Assembly: GCA_938039325.1 (NCBI GenBank) | Contig: CALHUX010000047.1 | Location: 37,909-101,908 of the forward strand | Origin: an uncultured Collinsella sp. | GTDB taxonomy: Bacteria; Actinomycetota; Coriobacteriia; Coriobacteriales; Coriobacteriaceae | Length of the DNA: 64,000 nt | Reading direction: 5' to 3' | Shown here: in pieces, positions 19,043 through 28,610 of the stretch | Position numbering within the stretch: the stretch's first letter is position 1 | Layout: each line of letters starts with the position of its first letter | The notes under the pieces: model-generated | Databases searched by the model: none | What the model saw: only the letters and a program-made list of their open reading frames with translations | Told to the model about the DNA's origin: nothing | Translations under genes and position numbers: made by a program

Positions 19043-19806
19043 AGATGGTAGAGGCAATCGGCGCGGCGTTCGGAACGTTCTCGCGCATCCCCGTCCCGAA
19101 ATCGGCCTGGACCGATTTCGGGTCAACCCATGCACTTGCCGCGTTTCCCCTGGTGGGCCTTGCGGAAGGGTTCCTCATGACGGCGTGGGGACACGTTGCG
19201 AACCTGCTCGGCGTGCCCGCGACCATCGTCGCGGCCGTGCTCGTGGCGCTGCCTGTGGCGGTGACGGGAGGCATCCACCTAGACGGGCTCTGCGACACCT
19301 CCGATGCGCTTGCAAGTTGGGCCCCGCGCGAGCGAAAGCTCGAGATCATGCACGACCCGCGGGCGGGCGCCTTCGGGGTCATCGGTGTTGTTGTGTACCT
19401 TATTCTGCAGTTTTCCCTGTTCACCGCGCTGCCGCTTACGGCGGGGGCGTTCCTCGCGCTTCTGTGCTCGCTCGTGTTCTCCCGCTCGCTTTCGGGGCTC
19501 GCCGTTGAATGCTGGCCTGCCGCGCGGGCGGACGGCATGGCCGCGGGGCTCTCGCCTGCGAAGAAGCGCGCGGCGATCGTCGTGCCGCTTTGCGCTTTCG
19601 CTGCGGCTTCGGCTGCAGGGATGGTCGCGTGCGTTCAGGCCGTCGGCGCCCTTATGGCGGTGGCGGGGCTTTTGGCGCTCGCGTGGTACCGCCATGTTGC
19701 TCTGTCCCGCTTCGGCGGGGTGACGGGGGATTTGGCCGGATGGTTTCTGCAATGGGCCGAGCTCGCGATGCTTGCCATGCTGGTGGTGGGGGGCATGCTC
19801 CTATGA
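19039..19806 (+). CDS. cobS: Cobalamin (5'-phosphate) synthase
   Basis: Motifs FSRIPVP, TGGIHLDGLCDTSDA, IMHDPRAGAFG and FGGVTGD. Confidence 0.93.
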   Translation: MKMVEAIGAAFGTFSRIPVPKSAWTDFGSTHALAAFPLVGLAEGFLMTAWGHVANLLGVPATIVAAVLVALPVAVTGGIHLDGLCDTSDALASWAPRERKLEIMHDPRAGAFGVIGVVVYLILQFSLFTALPLTAGAFLALLCSLVFSRSLSGLAVECWPAARADGMAAGLSPAKKRAAIVVPLCAFAAASAAGMVACVQAVGALMAVAGLLALAWYRHVALSRFGGVTGDLAGWFLQWAELAMLAMLVVGGMLL

Positions 19807-20804
19807 TGCTCGTGGTAGGTGGCGCGCATTCGGGGAAGAGGACCTTCGTGCGCGAAAATCTCGGGTTCGCGGCGGACGATTTCGTCGACGCGGCGCAGCT
19901 TGCGGAGGGCGGCGTGCCCGCGGCTTTTGCCGGCCGCGTCGCATACCGTGCTGAGGAACTCGTACGCGCGCTCGACGCTGACCGGGCGCTCGAGCGGCTG
20001 ATCGGCTTCGACGCAGTGATTCTGCCCTTGGTCGGCTCGGGGGTCGTCCCCATGAGTGCGGAAGACGCCCAATGGCGCGAGCGCGCGGGGCGCCTGGGAT
20101 GCGCGCTCGCTGCGCGCGCCGACGTCGTCGTGCGCATGACGTGCGGGATTCCCCAGGTCATCAAAGGAAACCTTGCCGATGCACCTCGAGGGACGCAGGG
20201 CGCGGGTGCGCCTTTGGAAGTCGTCTTCGTGCGCCATGGTGCCACGGCGGGCACGGAAGACCATCGCTACAGCGGGGCGGGCACCGACGAGCCCCTGTCG
20301 AGTGCGGGCGAGCGCGCTTTGCGCGACCTCGCGTGCGATCGTGACGTGTTCCGTGTTATCACGAGCGGCATGGCCCGCACCGACCAGACGGCGCGCATCC
20401 TCTTCCCGAACGCGGAGCTTATGGCGTGCCCCGGTCTGCGCGAGATGGATTTCGGCGACTTCGAGGGGCGAAGCGCCGCCGAGCTTAAAGAGGATGCGCG
20501 CTATCGCGCCTGGGTAGACTCCTGGTGTGAGACGCGCTGCCCGCATGGCGAGGGCAAGAGCGATTTCACCCGCCGCGTCATCGCGGCGTTTCGGGAGGCG
20601 TGCGAATCGGAGCGCGCCCAGGGGAGTGGGTGCGCCGTCTTCGTCGTTCACGCGGGTACCGTGAAAGCGCTGCTCTCCGAGCTAGCTGTCCCGAAAATGG
20701 GATACTTCGACGTGCATACCGAGCCGGGCGGCGCATGGGCCGCCACTTGGGATGGGCGCTGCCTTCGCGACGTTCGCCCCGCTTCGGGGGGCGATGCCCG
20801 GTGA
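19803..20804 (+). CDS. cobC: Fusion of a short CobU-like P-loop domain and a CobC-type histidine phosphatase
   Basis: N-terminal GGAHSGKR...WRERAGRLGC...MTCGIP; C-terminal VRHG, LREMDFGDFEG, PHGE and VVHAG. Confidence 0.8.
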   Translation: MMLVVGGAHSGKRTFVRENLGFAADDFVDAAQLAEGGVPAAFAGRVAYRAEELVRALDADRALERLIGFDAVILPLVGSGVVPMSAEDAQWRERAGRLGCALAARADVVVRMTCGIPQVIKGNLADAPRGTQGAGAPLEVVFVRHGATAGTEDHRYSGAGTDEPLSSAGERALRDLACDRDVFRVITSGMARTDQTARILFPNAELMACPGLREMDFGDFEGRSAAELKEDARYRAWVDSWCETRCPHGEGKSDFTRRVIAAFREACESERAQGSGCAVFVVHAGTVKALLSELAVPKMGYFDVHTEPGGAWAATWDGRCLRDVRPASGGDAR

Positions 20805-21778
20805 TGACGATTCTTGCCGTCGCCGCCGGGTTCGCGGCCGACCTTGCCTTCGGCGACCCGCGCTGGCTTCGCCATCCCGTCGTCGCCATGGGGCGCGCGA
20901 TCACGTGGGCCGAAGGCCGCCTGCGGGGCGCATTCCCGCAAACGTCCGCGGGCACGCGCGCCGCAGGGCTTGTGCTCGCCGTGGCGCTTCCGCTTGCGTG
21001 TGGGCTTTTGACCTGGGGAATCCTGCATCTTTGCGGCATGGTTCACTCCGGCTTGCGCTTCGTGGCCGAGGCATGGGCGAGCTATCAGATTCTCGCGGCA
21101 TGCGAGCTGCGCCGCCAGAGCCTGGCCGTTGCCCGCGCGTTCTCGAAGGGCGGACTTGTCGCGGCGCGCGAAGCCGTCGGGCTCATCGTGGGACGCGACA
21201 CGTCTGTTCTCGACGAGCAGGGCGTCGCGCGCGCCGCCGTGGAAACGGTGGCGGAGAACGCGAGCGACGGTGTCATCGCGCCGCTTTTCTACCTTATGAT
21301 CGGGGGTGCGCCCTTGGGCATGGCGTACAAGGCGGCGAACACGCTCGACAGCATGGTGGGCTACAAAAACGAGCGCTACATCGACTTCGGCTGCGCCTCG
21401 GCGCGCCTCGACGATGCGGTGAACTGGATTCCCTCGCGCTTATCGGCCCTGCTCATGATCGCCGTGTGCCCGATCGTCGGGCTCGACGCGCGCGGGGCGG
21501 CGCGCATCTGGCGCCGCGACAGGCGTCGCCATGCGAGCCCGAACGCGGCGCAGACCGAGTCGGCGTGCGCGGGTGCGCTCGGACTGCGCCTGGCAGGACC
21601 CGCGGTGTATTTCGGCAAGCTCGTTGAGAAACCGACGATAGGCGACGCGTCCCGCGAAATCGAGTGGGGCGACATCGCCCGGGCGACAAGGCTCATGCTC
21701 GCCGCGTCCGTATGCGCGCTCGTCGTCTTCGGCGCCGCGCGCGCGGCGGTCGTGCTCGCCGTGGGGGCGATGGCATGA
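20801..21778 (+). CDS. cbiB: Adenosylcobinamide-phosphate synthase
   Basis: Motifs GDPRWLRHPV, VGRDT, ETVAENASDG, NTLDSMVGYKN and HASPNA. Confidence 0.93.
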   Translation: MMTILAVAAGFAADLAFGDPRWLRHPVVAMGRAITWAEGRLRGAFPQTSAGTRAAGLVLAVALPLACGLLTWGILHLCGMVHSGLRFVAEAWASYQILAACELRRQSLAVARAFSKGGLVAAREAVGLIVGRDTSVLDEQGVARAAVETVAENASDGVIAPLFYLMIGGAPLGMAYKAANTLDSMVGYKNERYIDFGCASARLDDAVNWIPSRLSALLMIAVCPIVGLDARGAARIWRRDRRRHASPNAAQTESACAGALGLRLAGPAVYFGKLVEKPTIGDASREIEWGDIARATRLMLAASVCALVVFGAARAAVVLAVGAMA

Positions 21779-22998
21779 GGAAAGACCACGCCGCGCCCCG
21801 GGCTGCCGGGGGAATCCTGCGCGCCCGCACGCATGGGGGCAGCGCGCAATCGCTCGGCATCGCTTGCGAAGGGGGTGCCTCCGACCTCATTGACTTCTCG
21901 GTGAACGTGAATCCGGCAGGCCCCTCGCCGCGCGCCGTCGCCGCAGCTTGCAAGGCGCTTTCTCGAATCGACGCCTACCCCGATAGGGAAAGCCTCGCCC
22001 TCGTTCGCGCCCTAGCGCGCGACCAGGGCATTCCCGAAGATACTATCGTCTGCGGCGCGGGCGCGTCCGACATCATCTGGCGGCTCGCCGCGGCGGTGCG
22101 CCCGAAACGCATCGTCGTGTGCGCGCCGACGTTCTCTGAATATGCGGAGGCGGCATCGTACTACGGCGCATGCGTGCAGGAGTTCCCGCTCTCCGAAGCG
22201 GACGACTTCGACGTGCCCGCCTCCTTCGCCCGCGCGATCGAGGGGCCGGGAGACGTGGCGTACCTCTGCAATCCGAACAACCCGACGGGGCGCCTCGTCG
22301 ACCCCCGTGTGATCGATGCCGCGGCTTGCCGCTGCGAGCAGGTGGGCGCGCTGCTCGTCGTGGACGAGTGCTTCCTCGGATTTGCGCCCGACGCCCGCGA
22401 AAGGAGCGTGGCCGCACGCGCCGCGTGTTCGCGCCATGTGGCCGTGCTCTCCGCGTTCACCAAGCTCTACGGAATGGCGGGGTTGCGGTTGGGATATCTG
22501 ATCAGCGGAAACGCCCAACTCATCGAGGGGATTCGCCGGGCGGGGCAGGCGTGGCCCGTCTCTTCGGTCGCCGAGGCCGCGGGTATCGCCGCCCTGGAAG
22601 ACGTCGAATACGTCTCGCGCACGCGCGATGTATTGGAGGGCGAGCGAGCGTGGCTTTCCCACGAACTCTCCTCGCTCGGGCTTTCCGTTGTGCCGTCGGA
22701 TGCGAACTTCCTTTTAGTCCGCACGCCGGCGAAAGACATCCCCGAGCGCCTGTATGATCAGGGGGTTTTGGTCCGCACGTGCGACTCGTTTTCGGTACTG
22801 TCCCGTTTCTGGTGCCGCGTCGCGGTGCGCACGCGCAAGGAGAACGCCCGGCTTGCGATGGCGTTCGGCCGTGCGCTTCGGGCGGAAGACGCATCGGGCG
22901 AAGGCGAACCCGACGAACGGGGCGGCGCTTCTTTCAGCGGCGCTATGGCGGGCGCGGATGGCCGAGGCTTGGCGAAGGAGGTCGATACCCTTGGGTAG
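21775..22998 (+). CDS. cobD: L-threonine-O-3-phosphate decarboxylase (class I/II PLP enzyme)
   Basis: Motifs HGG, DFSVNVNP, CNPNNPTG, VDECF and AFTKLYGMAGLRLGY; lies within the cob operon. Confidence 0.87.
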   Translation: MRKDHAAPRAAGGILRARTHGGSAQSLGIACEGGASDLIDFSVNVNPAGPSPRAVAAACKALSRIDAYPDRESLALVRALARDQGIPEDTIVCGAGASDIIWRLAAAVRPKRIVVCAPTFSEYAEAASYYGACVQEFPLSEADDFDVPASFARAIEGPGDVAYLCNPNNPTGRLVDPRVIDAAACRCEQVGALLVVDECFLGFAPDARERSVAARAACSRHVAVLSAFTKLYGMAGLRLGYLISGNAQLIEGIRRAGQAWPVSSVAEAAGIAALEDVEYVSRTRDVLEGERAWLSHELSSLGLSVVPSDANFLLVRTPAKDIPERLYDQGVLVRTCDSFSVLSRFWCRVAVRTRKENARLAMAFGRALRAEDASGEGEPDERGGASFSGAMAGADGRGLAKEVDTLG

Positions 22999-24490
22999 GG
23001 CCAAGCCCATCATGATCCAGGGCACCATGTCGAACGCGGGGAAGAGCCTGCTCGCGGCGGGGCTGTGCCGCGTGCTTTCGCAGGACGGCCTGCGCGTGAC
23101 TCCCTTCAAGAGCCAGAACATGGCACTCAACAGCGGCGTCACGGCCGACGGGCTCGAGATGGGGCGCGCCCAGATCATGCAGGCCGAGGCGTGCGGCATC
23201 GCGCCCGACGTGCGCATGAACCCCATCCTGCTCAAGCCCGAAAGCGGCCACCGAAGCCAGCTCATCGTGGCCGGCAAGGCGCAGGGAGCCTTCGCTGCGA
23301 GGGACTACTTCGCGCGAAAGAAGGCGCTCATGCCGCAGATTTTGGAGGCGTTCGATTCGCTCGCGGAGGAAAACGACGTCATCGTCATCGAGGGCGCCGG
23401 CAGCCCCGCCGAAATCAACCTTGCCGAAAATGACATCGTCAACATGGGGCTCGCGCGCGCCGTGTCCTCCCCCGTGCTGCTTGCGGGCGACATCGACCCG
23501 GGCGGGGTATTTGCCCAGCTCTACGGCACGGTCGCGCTCCTTGCGCCCGAGGACCGCGCGCTTTTGCGGGGGCTTGTGGTGAACAAGTTCCGCGGCGATG
23601 TGGAAATTCTGCGCCCGGGTTTGGCCCCGCTCGAGAAGATGTGCGGAGTTCCCGTCGTGGGTGTCGTGCCGTATCTTACGCTCGACCTTGACGACGAGGA
23701 CTCGCTCGCGCCGCGCCTATCTGCCCGCGAGGCGCGCGGCGTCATCGACGTCGCCGTCGTGCGCCTTCCGCATTTGTCGAATTTCACCGACTTCGACCCG
23801 CTTTCGCGCGTGCCCGGCGTGGGCGTGCGCTACGTTTCCTCGACGACCGATCTGGGCCGACCCGACCTGGTGGTGCTTCCCGGCTCGAAGACTACGCTCG
23901 ACGACGCGCGCTGGCTTGCGGCTAGCGGCATCGGAGCCTGTGTACGCGCGCTTTCGGGCGCGGGCACGCCGGTGCTCGGCATATGCGGAGGCTACCAGCT
24001 TTTGGGAGACGAGCTTTCCGACCCGCACGGCAGGGAAGGCGCTGGCACCGCGCGCGGGCTCGGGCTCATCCCTGCAAGTACAGTGTTCAAGGAGGAAAAG
24101 CGCCTCGCCCAGTCGGAGCTGCGCATCACGGGCGCCCAAGGCGCGTTCTCGGCGTGGAACGGCATGACGGCGCGCGGGTACGAGATTCACGACGGCGAAA
24201 CGACCGTCTCCTGCGCCCCTGCGGGCACGATTGGCGGCAAACCGGAAGGCGCGGCCTGCGGTAACGTGTTCGGAACCTATCTCCACGGCCTGTTCGACGA
24301 ACCGGGGGTGGCGCTCGCCCTCGCGCGCTCGCTCGCGCGCATGCGCGGCCTGCCCGAGAGCGTCGTGGGTGACGCGGGCGCGGCGTCCGCGGCCGATCAC
24401 CGTGCGCGTGAGTTCGACCGCCTGGCCGACGTCGTGCGCGGGGCGCTCGACATGGAGTATGTCTACCGCATTATCGAGGAGGGCGTATGA
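22991..24490 (+). CDS. cbiP: Cobyric acid synthase
   Basis: TTG start after AAGGAG. Motifs IQGTMSNAGKS, PFKSQNM, MNPILLKP, EGAGSPAEINL, SNFTDF and GTYLHG. Confidence 0.95.
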   Translation: MGRAKPIMIQGTMSNAGKSLLAAGLCRVLSQDGLRVTPFKSQNMALNSGVTADGLEMGRAQIMQAEACGIAPDVRMNPILLKPESGHRSQLIVAGKAQGAFAARDYFARKKALMPQILEAFDSLAEENDVIVIEGAGSPAEINLAENDIVNMGLARAVSSPVLLAGDIDPGGVFAQLYGTVALLAPEDRALLRGLVVNKFRGDVEILRPGLAPLEKMCGVPVVGVVPYLTLDLDDEDSLAPRLSAREARGVIDVAVVRLPHLSNFTDFDPLSRVPGVGVRYVSSTTDLGRPDLVVLPGSKTTLDDARWLAASGIGACVRALSGAGTPVLGICGGYQLLGDELSDPHGREGAGTARGLGLIPASTVFKEEKRLAQSELRITGAQGAFSAWNGMTARGYEIHDGETTVSCAPAGTIGGKPEGAACGNVFGTYLHGLFDEPGVALALARSLARMRGLPESVVGDAGAASAADHRAREFDRLADVVRGALDMEYVYRIIEEGV

Positions 24491-25002
24491 TCCACGTGTA
24501 TCATGGCGACGGCAAAGGCAAGACCACGGCGGCGATGGGCCTCGCCCTTCGCATGCTCGCTGCAGGCCGCCGCGTCGTCGTCGTACAGTTCCTGAAAGAC
24601 GGCGAAAGCGGGGAGGTGCGCCTGCTCGCTGAGCATTTCGGCGTGCCCGTGTTCGCGGGGAAGGCGTCGGACAAGTTTACCTGGTCGATGACGTCGGAAG
24701 AACTTGCCGCGACGTGCGAGCTGCACGATGGGAACCTCGCTTCCGCGCTCGTCGAGCTCGAGGGCGCGCAAGAGGGACTGCTCGTGCTCGACGAGGCGCT
24801 CGACGCGCTTTCGAAGGGGCTTGTCGACGAGGCGCTCGTGGACCGCGCACTCGATATGTCCGCGCTCGGCGTCGAAGTAGTGCTCACCGGGCGCGCGCCT
24901 TCCCGCAAGATCGTGGAGAAGGCCGACTACATAACCGAGATGCGGTGCGAGAAACACCCCTACGAGCAGGGGATATGTGCAAGGGAAGGAGTGGAGTACT
25001 AG
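24487..25002 (+). CDS. cobO: Cob(I)yrinic acid a,c-diamide adenosyltransferase (CobA/CobO/BtuR)
   Basis: Motifs YHGDGKGKTTAA, QFLK, VLTGR and KHPYEQGICAREGVEY. Confidence 0.93.
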   Translation: MIHVYHGDGKGKTTAAMGLALRMLAAGRRVVVVQFLKDGESGEVRLLAEHFGVPVFAGKASDKFTWSMTSEELAATCELHDGNLASALVELEGAQEGLLVLDEALDALSKGLVDEALVDRALDMSALGVEVVLTGRAPSRKIVEKADYITEMRCEKHPYEQGICAREGVEY

Positions 25003-25644
25003 ATGGATTCCAAGGAGATGGCGCCCGGCGACATCGAGCGGCGCAGCTTCGAGATCATCACCGAAGAGCTCGGCGGCCGCACGTTCCCGCCGCTCGAAGA
25101 GCCCGTCGTGAAGCGCGTCATCCACACCACTGCCGACTTCTCGTACGCCGATTCCCTCGTGTTCACCCATGACGCCGCGCACTGTGCGCTCGACGCACTG
25201 CGCGCAGGGGCCACGGTGCTCACCGACACGAACATGGCGCTCGCAGGCATAAGCAAGCCCGCGCTCGAGAAGCTCGGCTGCAAGGCCGTGTGCTACATGG
25301 CCGACCCTGATGTCGCCGCGGCTGCGCGCGCCGCGGGCACGACTCGTGCCGTTGCGAGCATGGACAAAGCTAGCGGCATCGAGGGTCCGCTCATCGTGGC
25401 CGTCGGCAACGCTCCCACAGCACTTCTGCGCCTCGCCGAGCTCATGGACGCGGGGAAGATCGCGCCCGCGCTCGTCGTTGGGGTGCCGGTCGGGTTTGTG
25501 AACGTGGTCGAGGCGAAAGAGGAGCTACTCGCACGACGCGTGCCGGCCATCGTCGCGAGGGGTCGCAAGGGCGGCTCGACCGTGGCGGCTGCCATTATGA
25601 ACGCGCTGCTCTACCAGATCACGCGCCCAGGCGGCCCGAAGTGA
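25003..25644 (+). CDS. cbiC: Cobalt-precorrin-8 methylmutase
   Basis: Motifs IERRSFEII, RVIHTTADF, GNAPTAL, PVGFVNV and GRKGGS. Confidence 0.95.
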   Translation: MDSKEMAPGDIERRSFEIITEELGGRTFPPLEEPVVKRVIHTTADFSYADSLVFTHDAAHCALDALRAGATVLTDTNMALAGISKPALEKLGCKAVCYMADPDVAAAARAAGTTRAVASMDKASGIEGPLIVAVGNAPTALLRLAELMDAGKIAPALVVGVPVGFVNVVEAKEELLARRVPAIVARGRKGGSTVAAAIMNALLYQITRPGGPK

Positions 25645-26414
25645 CGGCGCCCGCATCCGCGCCGGCGCTGCGCATCTTCGCCGGCACCACCGAGGGCCGC
25701 CTTCTGTGCGAATGGGCGAGCAGGGCGGGCATCCCCGCCCGTGCCTACGCGGCAACCGAGTACGGAGGCGAGCTTTTGGGCGAGCTTCCGGGCATCGAGG
25801 TGCATGCGGGCAGGCTCGACGATGCCGACATGGAGCGCGAGCTTTCCGGCGCGTGCATCGTTGTCGACGCCACGCACCCCTTCGCTACGCTCGCAAGCGG
25901 CAACATCCGGGCCGCTTCGCTCGCCGTGGGTGCACGATGCCTGCGCCTTGCGCGCCCGGTCGAGGCGCTGCCCAAAGGCGTCGTGCCGGTCGCGTCGATC
26001 GCCTGCGCGGCGCGCTTTCTCTCCGAGAACCCGGGTCGCGCGCTTCTCACGACGGGGAGCAAGGAGCTTGCTCCCTACACGAGCGTCGCCGATTTCGCGG
26101 AGCGCTTCTTCGTGCGTGTGCTCCCGCTGCCCGGTGCTATAACGAAGTGCATCGACGCGGGGTTTTCGCCGTCGCACGTCATCGGCATGCAGGGGCCCTT
26201 CACCCGCGAGCTCAACGAGGCGATGCTTCGGCAGGTGGGCGCCCAGTGGCTTGTGACTAAGGACTCGGGAACCGTAGGCGGCACGGCCGAGAAGCTCGCC
26301 GCCGCGCGCGACGTGGGAGCGCGCTGCATCGTGGTCACCCGTCCCGCCGAGGGAAGCGGGACCCTTTCGCTTCGGGAAGTGGAAGACGCGCTCTTACGGG
26401 AGTTCGCGCGCTAG
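25641..26414 (+). CDS. cbiJ: Cobalt-precorrin-6A reductase
   Basis: Motifs FAGTTEGR, VDATHPFA, LTTGSK, RVLP, MQGPF and VTKDSG. Confidence 0.93.
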   Translation: MTAPASAPALRIFAGTTEGRLLCEWASRAGIPARAYAATEYGGELLGELPGIEVHAGRLDDADMERELSGACIVVDATHPFATLASGNIRAASLAVGARCLRLARPVEALPKGVVPVASIACAARFLSENPGRALLTTGSKELAPYTSVADFAERFFVRVLPLPGAITKCIDAGFSPSHVIGMQGPFTRELNEAMLRQVGAQWLVTKDSGTVGGTAEKLAAARDVGARCIVVTRPAEGSGTLSLREVEDALLREFAR

Positions 26415-26436
26415 GCGCTTGCCGCGCCTGCGCGCC

Positions 26437-26535
26437 CTCCCGCCCGCGAGGAGGAGCGTCCCGAGCAAGCTCGACCCGTACAAGCCCGTCATCCATCAAT
26501 AGCTCGAGGACGACGCCCAGAACTGGCGCAAACAG
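26437..26535 (+). mobile_element. IS21-family transposase (IstA) N-terminal remnant, pseudogenised
   Basis: Translates LPPARRSVPSKLDPYKPVIHQ*LEDDAQNWRKQ. This matches the IstA pattern SKLDPYKxxIxxWLxxDxxxxRKQ, with a TAG stop at the Trp position. Confidence 0.75.
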
Positions 26536-26546
26536 CCCTTCAATAA

Positions 26547-26611
26547 GTTGCGGTGAAATAGTGTCTGTTTTTGCTGCTAGATAGCATATTCAGTCCCTAA
26601 TTCACCGCAAC
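26547..26611. repeat. 65-bp element with terminal inverted repeats (copy 1)
   Basis: GTTGCGGTGAAATAG...CTAATTCACCGCAAC; homologous in reverse orientation to 42802-42866. Confidence 0.85.
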
Positions 26612-26625
26612 TTGTTGGTGGTGGC

Positions 26626-27840
26626 TTACTGGTAGCGTAGGCACTCCACCGGGTTGAGCTTTGCCGCGCGGCGAGCGGGGTAGAAGCCAAAGATTACGCC
26701 GATGCCGACGGAGACGCCGAAGGCCAGCAGCACCGTGGCGATTGAAAAGCTCGGTGTGATTTGCCCGCTGGCGCCGAGCTCGCTGAGAACCCCTGATCCT
26801 GCGGCAAACATCGCGAGGCCCCAGGCCAGCAGATAGCCAATCAGGACACCCAGCAGGCCACCGGTGACGCACAGCGCCGAGGACTCGGCCAAAAACTGCG
26901 CGGTGATATCGCGGCGACTGGCGCCCAAGGCACGGCGAATACCGATCTCGCGGATGCGCTCAGTCACGTTGGTAAGCATCATATTCATAATGCCGATTCC
27001 GCCGACAAGCAGTGAGATACTGGCGACAGCGCCCATGATGAGCGAGAAGGCGCCCATAAACGAGTTGAGTGCATCGATGGCGCTTTTCATGGAGGTCGCC
27101 GATACGCTGTCGTACTCATCATCCTCCGAGATGCCCTTCATCGCGCGCACCTTAGACTCGATGGTCTTGCAGAGCTCGTCCATGTCTGTGCCCTCGGCGG
27201 CAAGTGCCGTCACGCTGGGGAATGAAGGATTCTCGTCGCCAAACAGGCCGGAGATGGTTTCGCGTGGCATATACAGCGTGAGCGAGCCCATGGAGTCGCT
27301 GCCGCCATCAATCACGCCTACAATCTGCACCTCGCCGTTGGACACCTTGAGGGTTTTCCCCAGTGCGTCCTGTTCGTTGCCGTAAAGCTGATCGGCGCCG
27401 CCGCGGCTGATGAGCGCCACGCGCGAGCCTGATTGAGACTCTGCCTGTGAATAGACACGTCCCGCAACGAGCTTGCTGGCGCCCACGGCATCGAGCATGT
27501 CGCTATCGACGCCGTGTGCCATGACGGTATAGCTTTTATCCCCGACCTTGTACTCGGAATAGGCGCTATCGACGATGCCGATCTGCTCAATCTGCGGCAC
27601 CAGTTTGCGAAGCTTTTCCACATCCGAATCGGTGAGTTCTTGGGACGAATAGATCTCTACCATGCGGGCTGCATTGAGGCCCAGGCTGTTGACCAGGCTG
27701 TTTTGGATGCCGCCGATGAGCGAAGTCATGGCGATGACCGAGGCGATGCCAATGACGATGCCAAGGATGGTGAGCAGGCTGCGTCCCTTGTTGGCCTCGA
27801 GCGAGTGAAGGGCTTCTTGGACAAGATCGCGGGTACTCAT
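26626..27840 (-). CDS. MacB/FtsX-family ABC permease (YknZ-like)
   Basis: Motifs RSLLTILGIVIGIASVI, GGIGIMNMML, ERIREIGIRRALGA and PARRAAKLNP. Confidence 0.92.
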   Translation of the reverse strand: MSTRDLVQEALHSLEANKGRSLLTILGIVIGIASVIAMTSLIGGIQNSLVNSLGLNAARMVEIYSSQELTDSDVEKLRKLVPQIEQIGIVDSAYSEYKVGDKSYTVMAHGVDSDMLDAVGASKLVAGRVYSQAESQSGSRVALISRGGADQLYGNEQDALGKTLKVSNGEVQIVGVIDGGSDSMGSLTLYMPRETISGLFGDENPSFPSVTALAAEGTDMDELCKTIESKVRAMKGISEDDEYDSVSATSMKSAIDALNSFMGAFSLIMGAVASISLLVGGIGIMNMMLTNVTERIREIGIRRALGASRRDITAQFLAESSALCVTGGLLGVLIGYLLAWGLAMFAAGSGVLSELGASGQITPSFSIATVLLAFGVSVGIGVIFGFYPARRAAKLNPVECLRYQ

Positions 27841-28610
27841 TCCTTCGCTCCCTTCGGCTGATTGGTGGATGTCGAAATCGTGGGCAGGGCGTTCACGGCC
27901 CCGCGTAACGTATTCGGTGTATGCGCGACATATGCGCCGTCATGGATTCGCCCGTCACGGATGGTTACGGCTCGATCGGCCTCGGCGGCGATGCCGGGGT
28001 CATGCGTGATGAGTACGATGGTCTTGCCGCGTTTCTGGAGCTTGTGGAAGGTTTCCATGACGAGTGCCCCGGTTGTCGAGTCTAGATTTCCCGTTGGCTC
28101 GTCGGCCAAAATGATGGGCGGGTCGTTGACGAGGGCGCGCGCGATGGCGACGCGCTGCATCTGTCCGCCCGAGAGTTCCGATATGCGGTGGTCCCAATGG
28201 TCGACCGGCAGTGTGACGGCTTGTAGCGCGTGCACGGCGCGCATCTCGCGCTGGCTACGCGGCACATTGGTGTAGGATAGCGGCAGCATGACGTTTTCGA
28301 TCACCGTCAGACGCGGCAGCAAGTTAAAACTCTGAAAGACAAAGCCGATGCTCAGCGCGCGCACCTCGGTGAGCTCATCATCGTCGAGCTCGGCGACGTT
28401 GAGCCCTTGCAGGAAGTAATCGCCCGCCGTCGGTTTGTCCAGGCAGCCCAGGATGTTCATGAGTGTCGACTTGCCCGAGCCCGAGGGGCCGGTGATGGCG
28501 ACGAACTCACCGGGATCTACTGCCAGGCTTACGTTATGCAGGATGTGGGCGCAACCGGCCTCGCTCTCAAAGATGCGGTGCACGTTGCGGATGTCGATGA
28601 CGGGACGCAT
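27837..28610 (-). CDS. ABC ATP-binding protein (MacB/LolD type)
   Basis: Motifs GPSGSGKST, GFVFQSFNL, LSGGQMQR and LADEPTGNLD. Confidence 0.93.
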   Translation of the reverse strand: MRPVIDIRNVHRIFESEAGCAHILHNVSLAVDPGEFVAITGPSGSGKSTLMNILGCLDKPTAGDYFLQGLNVAELDDDELTEVRALSIGFVFQSFNLLPRLTVIENVMLPLSYTNVPRSQREMRAVHALQAVTLPVDHWDHRISELSGGQMQRVAIARALVNDPPIILADEPTGNLDSTTGALVMETFHKLQKRGKTIVLITHDPGIAAEADRAVTIRDGRIHDGAYVAHTPNTLRGAVNALPTISTSTNQPKGAKE

